A stretch of 32,000 nt of DNA from Pirellula staleyi DSM 6068 (lineage in GTDB: Bacteria; Planctomycetota; Planctomycetia; Pirellulales; Pirellulaceae). The position numbers were made by a program, and so were the translations under genes. Numbering within the stretch: position 1 is the stretch's first letter; each line of letters opens with the position of its first letter. This document shows, one piece after another, positions 25,695-32,000 of the stretch. The stretch lies in assembly GCA_000025185.1 (NCBI GenBank), contig CP001848.1:5610001-5642000 (forward strand), read 5' to 3'. The notes under the pieces were generated by a model. That model worked only from the letters and a program-made list of their open reading frames with translations, did no database searches and was not told where the DNA came from.

Positions 25695-26633
25695 ATGAAT
25701 CTCGCGCGACCTTTTTTCGCGACCATGCTCGCCCTGCTGGGAACCCTCAGCCTCAGTTCACTCGCGCTTGCCGCTGAAACGATCCCCAATATCGGTCCCA
25801 AAGGTGAAGTGAAGAAGCTGCATGGCGACCTGCAGTTCACCGAAGGCCCCACGAGCGACGGCAAGGGAAACCTCTACTTCAGCGACATTCCGGCCAACAA
25901 GATCTATAAACTGAGCGCCGACAACAAGCTCGACCTGTTCCTCGAGCCCTCGGGGCACACCAACGGCCTGATGATCGCGCCGGGCAACAAACTCTATGCC
26001 TCGGAGATGGATGGCCGCCTGATCTCGATCGACCTGGCGACCAAAGCAGTCACCGCGCTCGCCGCCACCTACGAAGGGAATCGCTTTAACGCTCCCAACG
26101 ATCTGGTGATCGATCAAGCAGGCGGGGTCTACTTCACCGACCCGCGCTTCCGCGCACCGATGCCTTGGCCGCAAGGAAAAGAAGCTTTCTACTATCGCGA
26201 TGCTAAGGGGACCGTCACACGACTCGGCGATAATCTCCCCGCTCCCAACGGCGTGATTCTCTCGCCCGACGAAAAGACGCTCTACATCATCCCCAGCATG
26301 CAAAAACAGATGATGGCCTACCCGGTCGAAGCCCCCGGCAAGCTTGGCGAAGGGAAAGTCTTTTGCGAACTCTTGCAAAAAGATCCCGCAGGCAACGGCG
26401 GTGGCGATGGACTGACGATTGATACCGCAGGCAACCTCTACATCACATCGGCCCTCGGCGTGCAAGTGTTTAGCGCCGCTGGTAAGCACCTCGGTACGAT
26501 CGAATTCCCCGAGCAGCCCGCGAACTGCACCTTCGGCGGACCCGATAATAAGACCCTCTACGTCACCGCTCGCACCGGTCTCTACGCCGTCGAAATGCAG
26601 GCCCAAGGGCACGTTTTTCCAGGTCCTAAGTAA
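25695..26633 (+). CDS. SMP-30/gluconolactonase/LRE-family protein, secreted
   Basis: The ORF track starts at 25566, and I prefer ATG 25695, which gives the signal peptide MNLARPFFATMLALLGTLSLSSLALAAE. Beta-propeller motifs are ...LQFTEGPTSDGKGNLYFSDI...FNAPNDLVIDQAGGVYFTDP...PNGVILSPDEKTLYI...GDGLTIDTAGNLYI...CTFGGPDNKTLYVTA. Confidence 0.85.
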   Translation: MNLARPFFATMLALLGTLSLSSLALAAETIPNIGPKGEVKKLHGDLQFTEGPTSDGKGNLYFSDIPANKIYKLSADNKLDLFLEPSGHTNGLMIAPGNKLYASEMDGRLISIDLATKAVTALAATYEGNRFNAPNDLVIDQAGGVYFTDPRFRAPMPWPQGKEAFYYRDAKGTVTRLGDNLPAPNGVILSPDEKTLYIIPSMQKQMMAYPVEAPGKLGEGKVFCELLQKDPAGNGGGDGLTIDTAGNLYITSALGVQVFSAAGKHLGTIEFPEQPANCTFGGPDNKTLYVTARTGLYAVEMQAQGHVFPGPK

Positions 26634-26652
26634 TCGGTACGGTGGCCTCTCT

Positions 26653-26684
26653 TGCAGGATGTTGCCAAAACGCAACATCCTGCA
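26653..26684 (+). terminator. Perfect 13-bp stem-loop without a U-tract, possibly a terminator or processing hairpin
   Basis: TGCAGGATGTTGC-CAAAAC-GCAACATCCTGCA lies 20 nt after the gluconolactonase stop. No T-run follows on either strand. Confidence 0.45.
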
Positions 26685-26895
26685 CGAACCTACGACCGGC
26701 GCTACTCGCACGATTAGTCGCAGGCTCGTCTCCGGCGAGATTCCTTGACCGCCAGAGCCACTAGCGCTCGGCGATTTGTGACGTACGCTTCAGCGATAAA
26801 AAACATCGGCAAACCATCCGCTGCCCAGGCTAGCAACAATGCTGGTCCCCCTTGTCAGACAACACGGTTCGACATCTTTTCGGAGCCTTTCCCTC

Positions 26896-27972
26896 ATGCG
26901 TTTCGCTACTTCCCTCGTACTCGTGCTACTGCTATCCACCGCGCAGCTCGCCTTGGCTGCTGATCCCCCGGCCGGTAAGAAAAACCTGGTTGCCACCGAC
27001 CTGACGCAGGTCGATGCCCATTTCGCGCTGCAGGGGGAATATGCCGGAACCGCCTGGTGGCCGAACTACGGCTACGTTCATGCCGGCCTCCAAGTGGTCG
27101 CTTATGGCGATGGCAAGTTCGAAGCTGCGATGCTGCGTGGTGGTCTTCCAGGAGCAGGCTGGGACTTGTCCCCTCGTCTCACTTTCCAAGGGACGCGCGC
27201 CGGTGACTCGGTTAGCTTCACGTCGGGCGATTTGAAAATCGTCGTCGGCGAATCGGCAGCAGAAGTCTTCTCGGCGGGTGGCAACAGCGTGGGCAAGCTT
27301 GCGAAAGCATCGCGTAAAAGCCCTTCGGAAGGACTTCAGCCCCCTTCAAACGCACGAATTCTGTTCTCGGGCAACGAGACGAGTGCCTTCGAAAAAGCCA
27401 AGGTCACTCCCGATGGACTCTTGCTCGCCGGCTTTCAGACCAAGCAGCCCGTTGGCGACTTCCGCCTGCATGTTGAGTTTCGTACGCCTTACATGCCATA
27501 CGCCAAAGGACAAGCTCGCGGCAATAGCGGCGTCTATATCCAAACGCGCTATGAAGTGCAGGTGCTCGACTCGTTTGGTCTCGAAGGGATCGAGAACGAG
27601 TGTGGAAGCCTCTACCGGCAGAAACGTCCCGATCTGAACATGTGCCTTCCACCTCTGGCCTGGCAAACCTACGACATCTATTTCTCGCAACCGAAATGGT
27701 CGGCCGATGGAAAGACCAAACTGGCCAATGCTCGCATCACCGTGATCCATAACGGCGTGCCGGTGCACTGGCATCGCGAGATCATTGCGAAAACTGGTGG
27801 TGGAAAAGTAGAAGCACCCACGCTGCTGCCGATCAACTTCCAGGATCACGGAAATCCGGTTGCGTTTCGCAACCTCTGGATTGTCGATGGCCAAGGCGAT
27901 TGGGCCGCTCCCAGTGGTCAAACGGCTGGCCGCGGGAGGCTGCTTCGATGGCTTCGTCCACGCTGTCGATAA
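26896..27972 (+). CDS. DUF1080 (3-keto-disaccharide hydrolase domain) protein, secreted
   Basis: The ORF track starts at 26839, and I prefer ATG 26896, which gives the signal peptide MRFATSLVLVLLLSTAQLALAADP. The DUF1080 core is ...DFRLHVEFRTPYMP...GNSGVYIQTRYEVQVLDSFG...CGSLY...WQTYDIYF...ITVIHNGV...INFQDHGNPVAFRNLWI. Confidence 0.85.
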   Translation: MRFATSLVLVLLLSTAQLALAADPPAGKKNLVATDLTQVDAHFALQGEYAGTAWWPNYGYVHAGLQVVAYGDGKFEAAMLRGGLPGAGWDLSPRLTFQGTRAGDSVSFTSGDLKIVVGESAAEVFSAGGNSVGKLAKASRKSPSEGLQPPSNARILFSGNETSAFEKAKVTPDGLLLAGFQTKQPVGDFRLHVEFRTPYMPYAKGQARGNSGVYIQTRYEVQVLDSFGLEGIENECGSLYRQKRPDLNMCLPPLAWQTYDIYFSQPKWSADGKTKLANARITVIHNGVPVHWHREIIAKTGGGKVEAPTLLPINFQDHGNPVAFRNLWIVDGQGDWAAPSGQTAGRGRLLRWLRPRCR

Positions 27973-27997
27973 TCCGCCGGTGAAAGTCCATTCGCCT

Positions 27998-28039
27998 CGT
28001 CCACTCCCGTTTCCGGCAGTGGACGACAGCTTTTGATTT
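27998..28039 (+). terminator. Candidate intrinsic terminator after the DUF1080 gene
   Basis: CGTCCACT-(12 nt)-AGTGGACG forms an 8-bp stem followed by ACAGCTTTTGATTT. The T-rich tail is present only in the plus orientation. Confidence 0.5.
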
Positions 28040-28071
28040 CACTCGCTGAATACCCCAAAACAAAAAACGCA

Positions 28072-29106
28072 CTAACTCGCGCGGTGGCTCATCGATTGCC
28101 ACTGCGCGAGTAGTTTTTTGGCCTTTCCGCTGTCGATCGATTCGGCGGCGATCTCGGCACAGACGAGTTCCGACCGATCGATGCCGCTGGTCCAGAGTGC
28201 CGCAGCAGCGTTGAGCACCACTACATCGCGGCACGCACCTCGCTCCCCTTCCAAAATCGCAGCGATGATCTTGGCCGAGCCTTCGGGGCCGTCGATTTGC
28301 ATCGTTTCTTTGCCAGCTCGCGGCAGTCCAAACTTCTCGGGCTCGAGCGTTCGCTCAGTCACCTCCGCTCCGCCGCTCGAGGAATCCCCTTGCACTTCAC
28401 TCACGCGCGTGGTGGTTTCGAGGGTCACTTCGTCGAGACCATCATCGCCACTTACCACCAGCGAATGTCGAGTGCCGAGCCGAGCGATGGCGCTTGCCAA
28501 AAGTGGCCGCAAATGAGGTTTACCCACGCCGAGCACCTGAAACGGCGCGCCCGCCGGATTACAGAGCGGTCCGAGCAAATTGAAGATCGTGGGAACTGCC
28601 AGCCGCTTGCGTGTCGGCCCGACATGCTTCATCGCCGGATGCAGATGGACAGCAAAACAAAAACAGATGCCGAGTTCTTCAAAGCAATGCTCGACAACCT
28701 CGACCGGAGCATCGACCTTGATCCCAAGCACCGCCAGAACATCGGCCGAGCCCGAGCGGCTGCTGATACTCCGGTTCCCATGCTTGGCGACCGCGACACC
28801 GCTCGCCGCAGTGACGATCGCCGCCGCAGTGCTGATGTTGAACGTGCCACTTCCATCCCCCCCAGTGCCGCAAGTGTCGATCACCACCGGCCTGGAGTGG
28901 CGAATGGGAACCATGTGATCGCGCATGGCGGCAGCAGCGCCGGCGATTTCGTCGGCTGCTTCCCCTTTGGCGCGGAGTCCCAAAAGCAATCGCTCGATTT
29001 CGAGGTCGCTGGCGCGTCCTAGCATCAACAGCGAAACTACCTCACGCATTTCAGGCTGCGAGAGATGCTCGCCACGCTCCACTCGCTCAATCGCCTCCAA
29101 AAGCAT
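28072..29106 (-). CDS. trpD: Anthranilate phosphoribosyltransferase
   Basis: ...VIDTCGTGGDGSGTFNISTAAAIVTAASGVAVAKHGNRSISSRSGSADVL... is the diagnostic TrpD motif. The ORF is full length at 344 aa. Confidence 0.95.
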   Translation of the reverse strand: MLLEAIERVERGEHLSQPEMREVVSLLMLGRASDLEIERLLLGLRAKGEAADEIAGAAAAMRDHMVPIRHSRPVVIDTCGTGGDGSGTFNISTAAAIVTAASGVAVAKHGNRSISSRSGSADVLAVLGIKVDAPVEVVEHCFEELGICFCFAVHLHPAMKHVGPTRKRLAVPTIFNLLGPLCNPAGAPFQVLGVGKPHLRPLLASAIARLGTRHSLVVSGDDGLDEVTLETTTRVSEVQGDSSSGGAEVTERTLEPEKFGLPRAGKETMQIDGPEGSAKIIAAILEGERGACRDVVVLNAAAALWTSGIDRSELVCAEIAAESIDSGKAKKLLAQWQSMSHRAS

Positions 29107-29371
29107 GCGTACTACCTCGCTTTAGTCCGGTCTATCAATAAGAGTGTGATGCTGCGGCGCTGGTGAAGGTTCGGATTATACCGGATAGCGGCATCGCGCC
29201 TTGCTGGTTTGGCTCGGTGCGACCTACAATCGAAGACGTGTCGTCGCGCTTGTTCGCGGACACAAGACATGATGTCTGGCACGTTCGCCGGCGACGATCC
29301 GGTAAAAGTGCCTCGTGCATCAGCACCCCCGCACGCGTGCAGAAGCACCCCCAGCGAAAGATTCAGCGGAT

Positions 29372-30313
29372 ATGCCTCGCAAGGTTATCATCGATTGCGA
29401 TCCTGGTATCGACGACGCCGTTGCACTCGCCATGGCGCTGTTTGATCCACGTCTCGAAGTGGTTGCCGTCACGGCTGTGGCTGGCAATGTGTCGTCGGAA
29501 CGAGCGACTTCGAACGTTCAGGCGATTGTCGAACGGCTCGATCCCCCCCGCTATCCCCGTTTGGGGGCAGCCTCGCCCGCCGACGTAGCCCCGGTCGTCG
29601 ACGCGCGGCACCTGCATGGCGACGACGGTTTGGCGAACCTGGGACTGCAAGTTTCCAAACTAGCGCGCCAGCACCCCAGTGAAAAGCTAATTTGCGACGA
29701 AGTCCGAGCCGCTCCTGGCGAGGTTTCGATCCTGTGCCTTGGCCCGCTGACCAACGTCGCTCGCGCCCTTTCACGCGATCCGGGCCTCTCGGAAATGATC
29801 GGTCGGCTGATCATTCTTGGCGGCAGCGTCAAGGCGGTCGGCAACGTCACCCCGTGTGCCGAGTTCAATATCTACGCCGATCCGGCCAGCGCTCGGGCGG
29901 TTTTCCGCTCACCAGTCACCAAAACCCTGATCCCGCTCGACTGCACCGAACAGGTGACGTTTACACTCGACCTGCTCGAGCAGCTTCCCCCCGAACATTC
30001 GCGAGCCGGTCAGCTGCTCCGCAAGCTGCTCCCTTACGCTTTTCGGTCGTACCGCCGCGAAATGGGGCTCGAAAGCATCTTCCTGCATGATGCTCTGGCC
30101 GTGGTAGCAGCCGTCCACCCCGAACTCTTCCCCACTGTCGACATGGCGGGGGACGTGGAGACGATCGGCGAGCTAACGGCGGGGATGACCGTTTTCGATC
30201 GCCGCTCGAACTTCCGAGGGCGTGGCGACATGGAAGTGGCGCTCGAAGTCGACATCGCTGCAGCCACCGATTGCATCGTCCGCAGCCTGGCCGAAGCGGG
30301 CCGCCAGACGTAA
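29372..30313 (+). CDS. Nucleoside hydrolase (inosine/uridine-preferring, IUNH family)
   Basis: The ORF track starts at 29315. I prefer ATG 29372 (MPRKVIIDCDPGIDDAVALAMAL...), which carries the DxDxxxDD Ca2+/ribose-binding fingerprint. ...NIYADPASA... is also present. Confidence 0.9.
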   Translation: MPRKVIIDCDPGIDDAVALAMALFDPRLEVVAVTAVAGNVSSERATSNVQAIVERLDPPRYPRLGAASPADVAPVVDARHLHGDDGLANLGLQVSKLARQHPSEKLICDEVRAAPGEVSILCLGPLTNVARALSRDPGLSEMIGRLIILGGSVKAVGNVTPCAEFNIYADPASARAVFRSPVTKTLIPLDCTEQVTFTLDLLEQLPPEHSRAGQLLRKLLPYAFRSYRREMGLESIFLHDALAVVAAVHPELFPTVDMAGDVETIGELTAGMTVFDRRSNFRGRGDMEVALEVDIAAATDCIVRSLAEAGRQT

Positions 30314-30558
30314 CTTCCAAACAGTCAACGACTTACAGTCGACCACCAGTCTTGGCCTGCGCACTCTTCCCAGCTTACCGCAGGCGATGAGAGCCGAGCT
30401 GCGATCGGCCTCACTGCCGCCCCGGATGGAAGTCTGGGTAAGCTGAAGCGGTCTTACCGCCGAAAATTGAGCTTCGATCGCGTAATCGCTCGAGAAAGCG
30501 CGAACCAACGACCGACCATTAACGTTCGAAGTAGGGCGCTGATGTGCCCCGTAGAAAC

Positions 30559-30587
30559 TTGACACGTCAAGTTGCGCAAGTTCTACT
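30559..30587 (+). promoter_or_regulatory. Candidate sigma70-like promoter upstream of the small cytochrome gene
   Basis: TTGACA (30559..30564), a 17-nt spacer, then TCTACT (30582..30587). The -35 element is embedded in the palindrome AACTTGAC-AC-GTCAAGTT (30556..30573). Planctomycete promoter rules are poorly known and the -10 match is weak. Confidence 0.25.
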
Positions 30588-30714
30588 ACCTGTTCTGCCC
30601 GCCGATTGTTCCCACCACAAGTCGAGCTGCGCCATCGCTGCCAAACTTCGAACTTTCGATCTGGGCGTTCACCTATCGGGAACATGGTCTTTCACCCATT
30701 GCGGAGTATCGAGG

Positions 30715-31104
30715 ATGAAGAAGGTTTGCCTGACGTTGGCCGGTGGTCTTTTGGTTGTCGCTCTCATGGCGAGCCAAGCTTCGGCCCTCCCTCCATTCAA
30801 CAAAGAATTCACCGCCAAGTACGTCGAAGGCAACAGCAATGCTGCATTCGTCGAAGCTGTTGGCACCGCCAAGTGCAACGCTTGCCACGAAGGTAAGAGC
30901 AAGAAGGACAAGAACGAATACGGCAAGGCTGTTGCCAAGTTCTTGACCAAGGCTGACTTCGAAAAGGTGAAGGCCGACGCCGACGCTGCCAAGAAGTACA
31001 TCGTCGAAGGCCTCGAAAAGGCTGCCGCCGAAAAGAACGCTGCTGGCAAGACCTTCGGCGAACTGATCGCCGCTGGCGAACTCCCAGGCGGACCTGCCCA
31101 GTAG
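30715..31104 (+). CDS. Small secreted c-type cytochrome-like protein with a single CXXCH
   Basis: The ORF track starts at 30544. I prefer ATG 30715, preceded by GGAG and GAGGA, which gives the signal peptide MKKVCLTLAGGLLVVALMASQASA. It has a single CNACH motif and a Lys/Ala/Glu-rich mature part. Codon choice is strongly biased (AAG, GCC/GCT, GGC) and a strong terminator follows. Confidence 0.65.
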   Translation: MKKVCLTLAGGLLVVALMASQASALPPFNKEFTAKYVEGNSNAAFVEAVGTAKCNACHEGKSKKDKNEYGKAVAKFLTKADFEKVKADADAAKKYIVEGLEKAAAEKNAAGKTFGELIAAGELPGGPAQ

Positions 31105-31162
31105 TTTTTCGCCCGCTCGCTTGAGACGCGACTCATCGCCCCTCAAGCTCAGCATGAACATC

Positions 31163-31210
31163 AAACGGCTGACTGGACATCACATCCAGCCAGCCGTTTT
31201 TGTTTTCTTG
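31163..31210 (+). terminator. Strong intrinsic terminator after the cytochrome gene
   Basis: AACGGCTGACTGGA-CATCACA-TCCAGCCAGCCGTT is a 14-bp stem with one mismatch, followed by TTTTTGTTTTCTTGTT. Confidence 0.85.
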
Positions 31211-31238
31211 TTGCAGCTTGTCGCTGAGCGACTCGGCT

Positions 31239-32000
31239 CTAGGGGACGCTCGCGACCTCAATCACCACCCGAGCTTCAAAACTTTCCCCCGGCGGAAGGA
31301 TGATCAGCCCGGAATTGTTTTGCGACGTCGCAAGATGGATCGCACCAGGGACGCAGCTGTAGGGCTCGATGCAGATCGCCTCGCGATGGGGCGGCGTATA
31401 GACCACGCATTCACGAAACGGCGATCCAAATCGAATCTTCGTACTGATCTTCGACCCAGGATCAAAAATCTCACTCTCGAACTCACCGCCGGGCATCGCC
31501 AGGTCGGTCAGCACATCGTCGTACTGCATGGCTCCAAACGACTGACCTGCTGCCAGTGTCGCCGCATTCTCGAGGTCGATGACGCGACCACTCGGAATCA
31601 TATCGATCAGCTCCCATTTTTTGGCCGCTGGGATTTTTACGACGCAGTCGCTGGCGGAAGCTCCCCCTTGGGGAACGCGAAAGTAAGGATGGGTCCCGAG
31701 TCCACAAGGAAGCGGCTGACTATCGACATTCGTAGCGACGTAGTCCATCTCCAGCCCACTGCTGGTGAGTCGATACGTTGCCTCGAGCTGAAAGTCGGCC
31801 GGCCACAACTGACGCAGGCTCGGGTCGGATTTAAAGGCCTGAAAACGGGCCTTCACGTGCGACGTCGATTGCTCCACCACTTCCCAGGGGCGCGTGTGGC
31901 AAAAGCCGTGAATCGCATTGCCTTTGTTCTCGGCCGGAAGCTGATATTCCTGGCCATTCCAGCTGAATTTGCCCGCAGCAATGCGTCCTGGGAAGGGAAA
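31239..32000 (-). CDS. Aldose 1-epimerase (galactose mutarotase-like) family protein; partial, with the N-terminus beyond the right window edge
   Basis: The track ORF 31239..31880 begins at an internal GTG. The same frame stays open to position 32000 (FPFPGRIAAGKFSWNGQEYQLPAENKGNAIHGFCHTRPWEVVEQ...), which is typical of the family. ...GLGTHPYFRVP... and ...CIEPYSCVPGA... motifs are present. Confidence 0.85.
   Translation of the reverse strand, partial: FPFPGRIAAGKFSWNGQEYQLPAENKGNAIHGFCHTRPWEVVEQSTSHVKARFQAFKSDPSLRQLWPADFQLEATYRLTSSGLEMDYVATNVDSQPLPCGLGTHPYFRVPQGGASASDCVVKIPAAKKWELIDMIPSGRVIDLENAATLAAGQSFGAMQYDDVLTDLAMPGGEFESEIFDPGSKISTKIRFGSPFRECVVYTPPHREAICIEPYSCVPGAIHLATSQNNSGLIILPPGESFEARVVIEVASVP

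Noticed and set aside
25758-26711. A 317-aa minus-strand ORF.
   Set aside because: It is antisense to the SMP-30/gluconolactonase gene, has no motifs, and has shadow-ORF composition.
1-32000. I scanned the whole window for tRNA T-loop motifs (GGTTCGAnTCC), rRNA, tmRNA, RNase P and SRP conserved blocks. I also scanned for CRISPR repeat-spacer periodicity, IS terminal inverted repeats, and transposase, integrase, restriction-modification or toxin-antitoxin genes.
   Set aside because: None was found. The intergenic regions are too short or lack the conserved motifs, and all large ORFs are accounted for by housekeeping or common planctomycete families. I therefore claim no mobile element, defence island or RNA gene.

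Overview
The window is GC-rich and looks like chromosomal DNA from a Planctomycetota (Pirellulales-like) genome. This placement is inferred from hallmark families: a DUF1559 protein with a prepilin-type N-terminus followed by a small lipoprotein, a DUF1080 protein, a Tat-signal Gfo/Idh/MocA oxidoreductase, and a very long YidC. I support 23 protein-coding genes. Two run off the window edges and are therefore missing or truncated in the supplied ORF track. Most are housekeeping genes: tsaB, yidC-mnmE, aspartate kinase / apgM-like / homoserine dehydrogenase, lpxD-lpxI, purC, trpD and a nucleoside hydrolase. Among them are secreted or carbohydrate-related accessory genes: a GH10-like protein, an SMP-30/gluconolactonase, DUF1080 and an aldose 1-epimerase. 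I found no rRNA, tRNA, CRISPR array, transposase, integrase or recognisable defence or biosynthetic island, and I cannot point to a convincing novel multi-gene system. The observations most worth a second look are single-gene or domain-level. (1) A GRDP-like/TIGR04222-type membrane protein ends in a Gly/Cys/Ser tail. (2) A cytoplasmic GH10-like TIM barrel appears to have both catalytic glutamates replaced by glycine. (3) YidC carries a PDZ-like insertion and an acidic Pro/Ala-rich linker. (4) A small secreted single-CXXCH cytochrome has no Met or second His available as an axial ligand. (5) An apgM-like gene sits between aspartate kinase (four ACT domains) and homoserine dehydrogenase. (6) Two metallophosphoesterase paralogues lie in tandem. 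Several intrinsic terminators and a few unexplained structured intergenic regions are also listed. Many long ORFs in the track are antisense shadows typical of GC-rich DNA and were rejected. All homology calls come from motif recognition by eye, because no searches could be run.
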